NCBI GenBank assembly: GCA_046594995.1
Contig: JBKJQU010000467.1
Span: 1-35,821, forward strand
Source of the DNA: Aestuariivirga sp.
GTDB lineage: Bacteria > Pseudomonadota > Alphaproteobacteria > Rhizobiales > Aestuariivirgaceae
Direction: 5' to 3'
DNA: 35,821 nucleotides
This document shows, one piece after another, positions 35,039 through 35,821 of this stretch. A program made the position numbers and the translations under genes. The notes under the pieces are model-generated. The model had not been told where the DNA came from. It did not search any database and was given only the letters and a program-made list of their open reading frames with translations. How positions within the stretch are numbered: position 1 is the first letter of the stretch; each line of letters opens with the position of its first letter.

Positions 35039-35821
35039 AAAGGCCCGCATCAGCGGACCTTTGCCGAACCGGCTTTGCGGCCTTGCGCCAGGTTACGAAG
35101 CGGCCGTGATCGACAGCCCGGTCGCGATGGTCTCCACCCTTCGTTGCCGCCCACCAGCCGGCCACCGCAGAGATCAGAAGCGACACAGCCGCAAGAAATC
35201 CCATTAATACTGCCAGGCGGCGTAATTGATCAGACTGCGCTTTCATAGCCACAATCGTTGCATCGAGACGTTCAGTCGCCTGTTGCTCGTTCAGTGTAGT
35301 ACGCTCCATCATCTGCTGGACCAGATACGTGCGGTCTTCTGAAGCCGCCGTTGTCACACTGTTGGAAGACAGAAGCCGCCCAAACTCGGCGCGGACATCA
35401 GCCGCAATTCCACGTTGATCGCCGTTAATCGAAGATGCGGGCGGTGTGGCTGCGCCCTCGGCCGGCGCAGCAGCTGCGACCGGACGCAAGAGACGGTCAA
35501 CGTAGTGGTCTGCCATATTTGAAGTTTGCGGGTTTGATGCTGGGCCTGAACCTAGTGTTGCGGCACTCATGGTGCCGATGGCAGCTATGAATCCCGCCAG
35601 CAATGCACCCAGCAGCACTCCGATGGCCCAGACAATCAGGCCGTGCATGCCATCCCGCATCTCGACTTCGTGCTTTTGCGCATCGTTGATACGGCGGCGC
35701 AGGCGGCCCGCGACATATCCACCGCCGAGCGAAGCGCTGACCTGCAACAACATGAGCCAGATGCCAATTGCAATGACGATCCCCAACCCCGGAGCGGCAT
35801 TGCGGCAGTCGACGAAGGACG
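34938..35821 (-). CDS. Multi-TM membrane protein of the type found in alphaproteobacterial stress loci, 5'-partial
   Basis: The frame is open to the window edge, with GGYVAGRL, E.RDG.HGL.VWA and AA..GG.HRD motifs. The C-terminal tail overlaps the SLC13 gene. Confidence 0.75.
   Translation of the reverse strand, partial: SFVDCRNAAPGLGIVIAIGIWLMLLQVSASLGGGYVAGRLRRRINDAQKHEVEMRDGMHGLIVWAIGVLLGALLAGFIAAIGTMSAATLGSGPASNPQTSNMADHYVDRLLRPVAAAAPAEGAATPPASSINGDQRGIAADVRAEFGRLLSSNSVTTAASEDRTYLVQQMMERTTLNEQQATERLDATIVAMKAQSDQLRRLAVLMGFLAAVSLLISAVAGWWAATKGGDHRDRAVDHGRFVTWRKAAKPVRQRSADAGLFMLAKKVARRSEPSRWRLHKSGMSVEIRPSRNP

Noticed and set aside
1-35821. tRNA/rRNA genes, IS elements, integrase or att sites at block boundaries
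   Set aside because: None was recognisable by eye; a covariance-model or IS search was not possible, so small or degenerate elements cannot be excluded.

Overview
This looks like an alphaproteobacterial (Hyphomicrobiales-like) chromosomal segment with four blocks. (1) 1-6.4 kb: a methylated-amine catabolic cluster, with a 5'-partial tdm convergent on a dmmDABC-tmm operon (TMA->TMAO->DMA->MMA). (2) 6.6-17.05 kb: sugar/acid-sugar catabolism, comprising a RuBisCO-like protein and DUF1537 kinase (oiaX/oiaK-like) with a divergent GntR, a GMC oxidoreductase plus BKACE enzyme, and an AKR-TetR-SDR-DUF993-TIM-barrel operon with a clear operator palindrome. (3) 17.05-18.4 kb: a scar of three decayed genes (AKR, acyl-CoA dehydrogenase, MaoC). 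(4) 18.5-35.8 kb: a general stress response island (nepR-ecfG/phyR, csbD, AI-2E, DAGK, Crp, YqjD/E-like genes, SLC13) with ten GGAAC-N16/17-(C/A)(G/A)TT sigma-EcfG promoter motifs and three small ORFs missing from the ORF track (nepR, a 23-aa membrane peptide, a 57-aa secreted peptide). Block 4 is interrupted by a motif-free insert carrying SDR, ltnD-otnI, an actinobacterial-type nei and folE-BLUF. I saw no rRNA, tRNA, CRISPR or transposase. All family assignments come from motif recognition by eye, not database searches.
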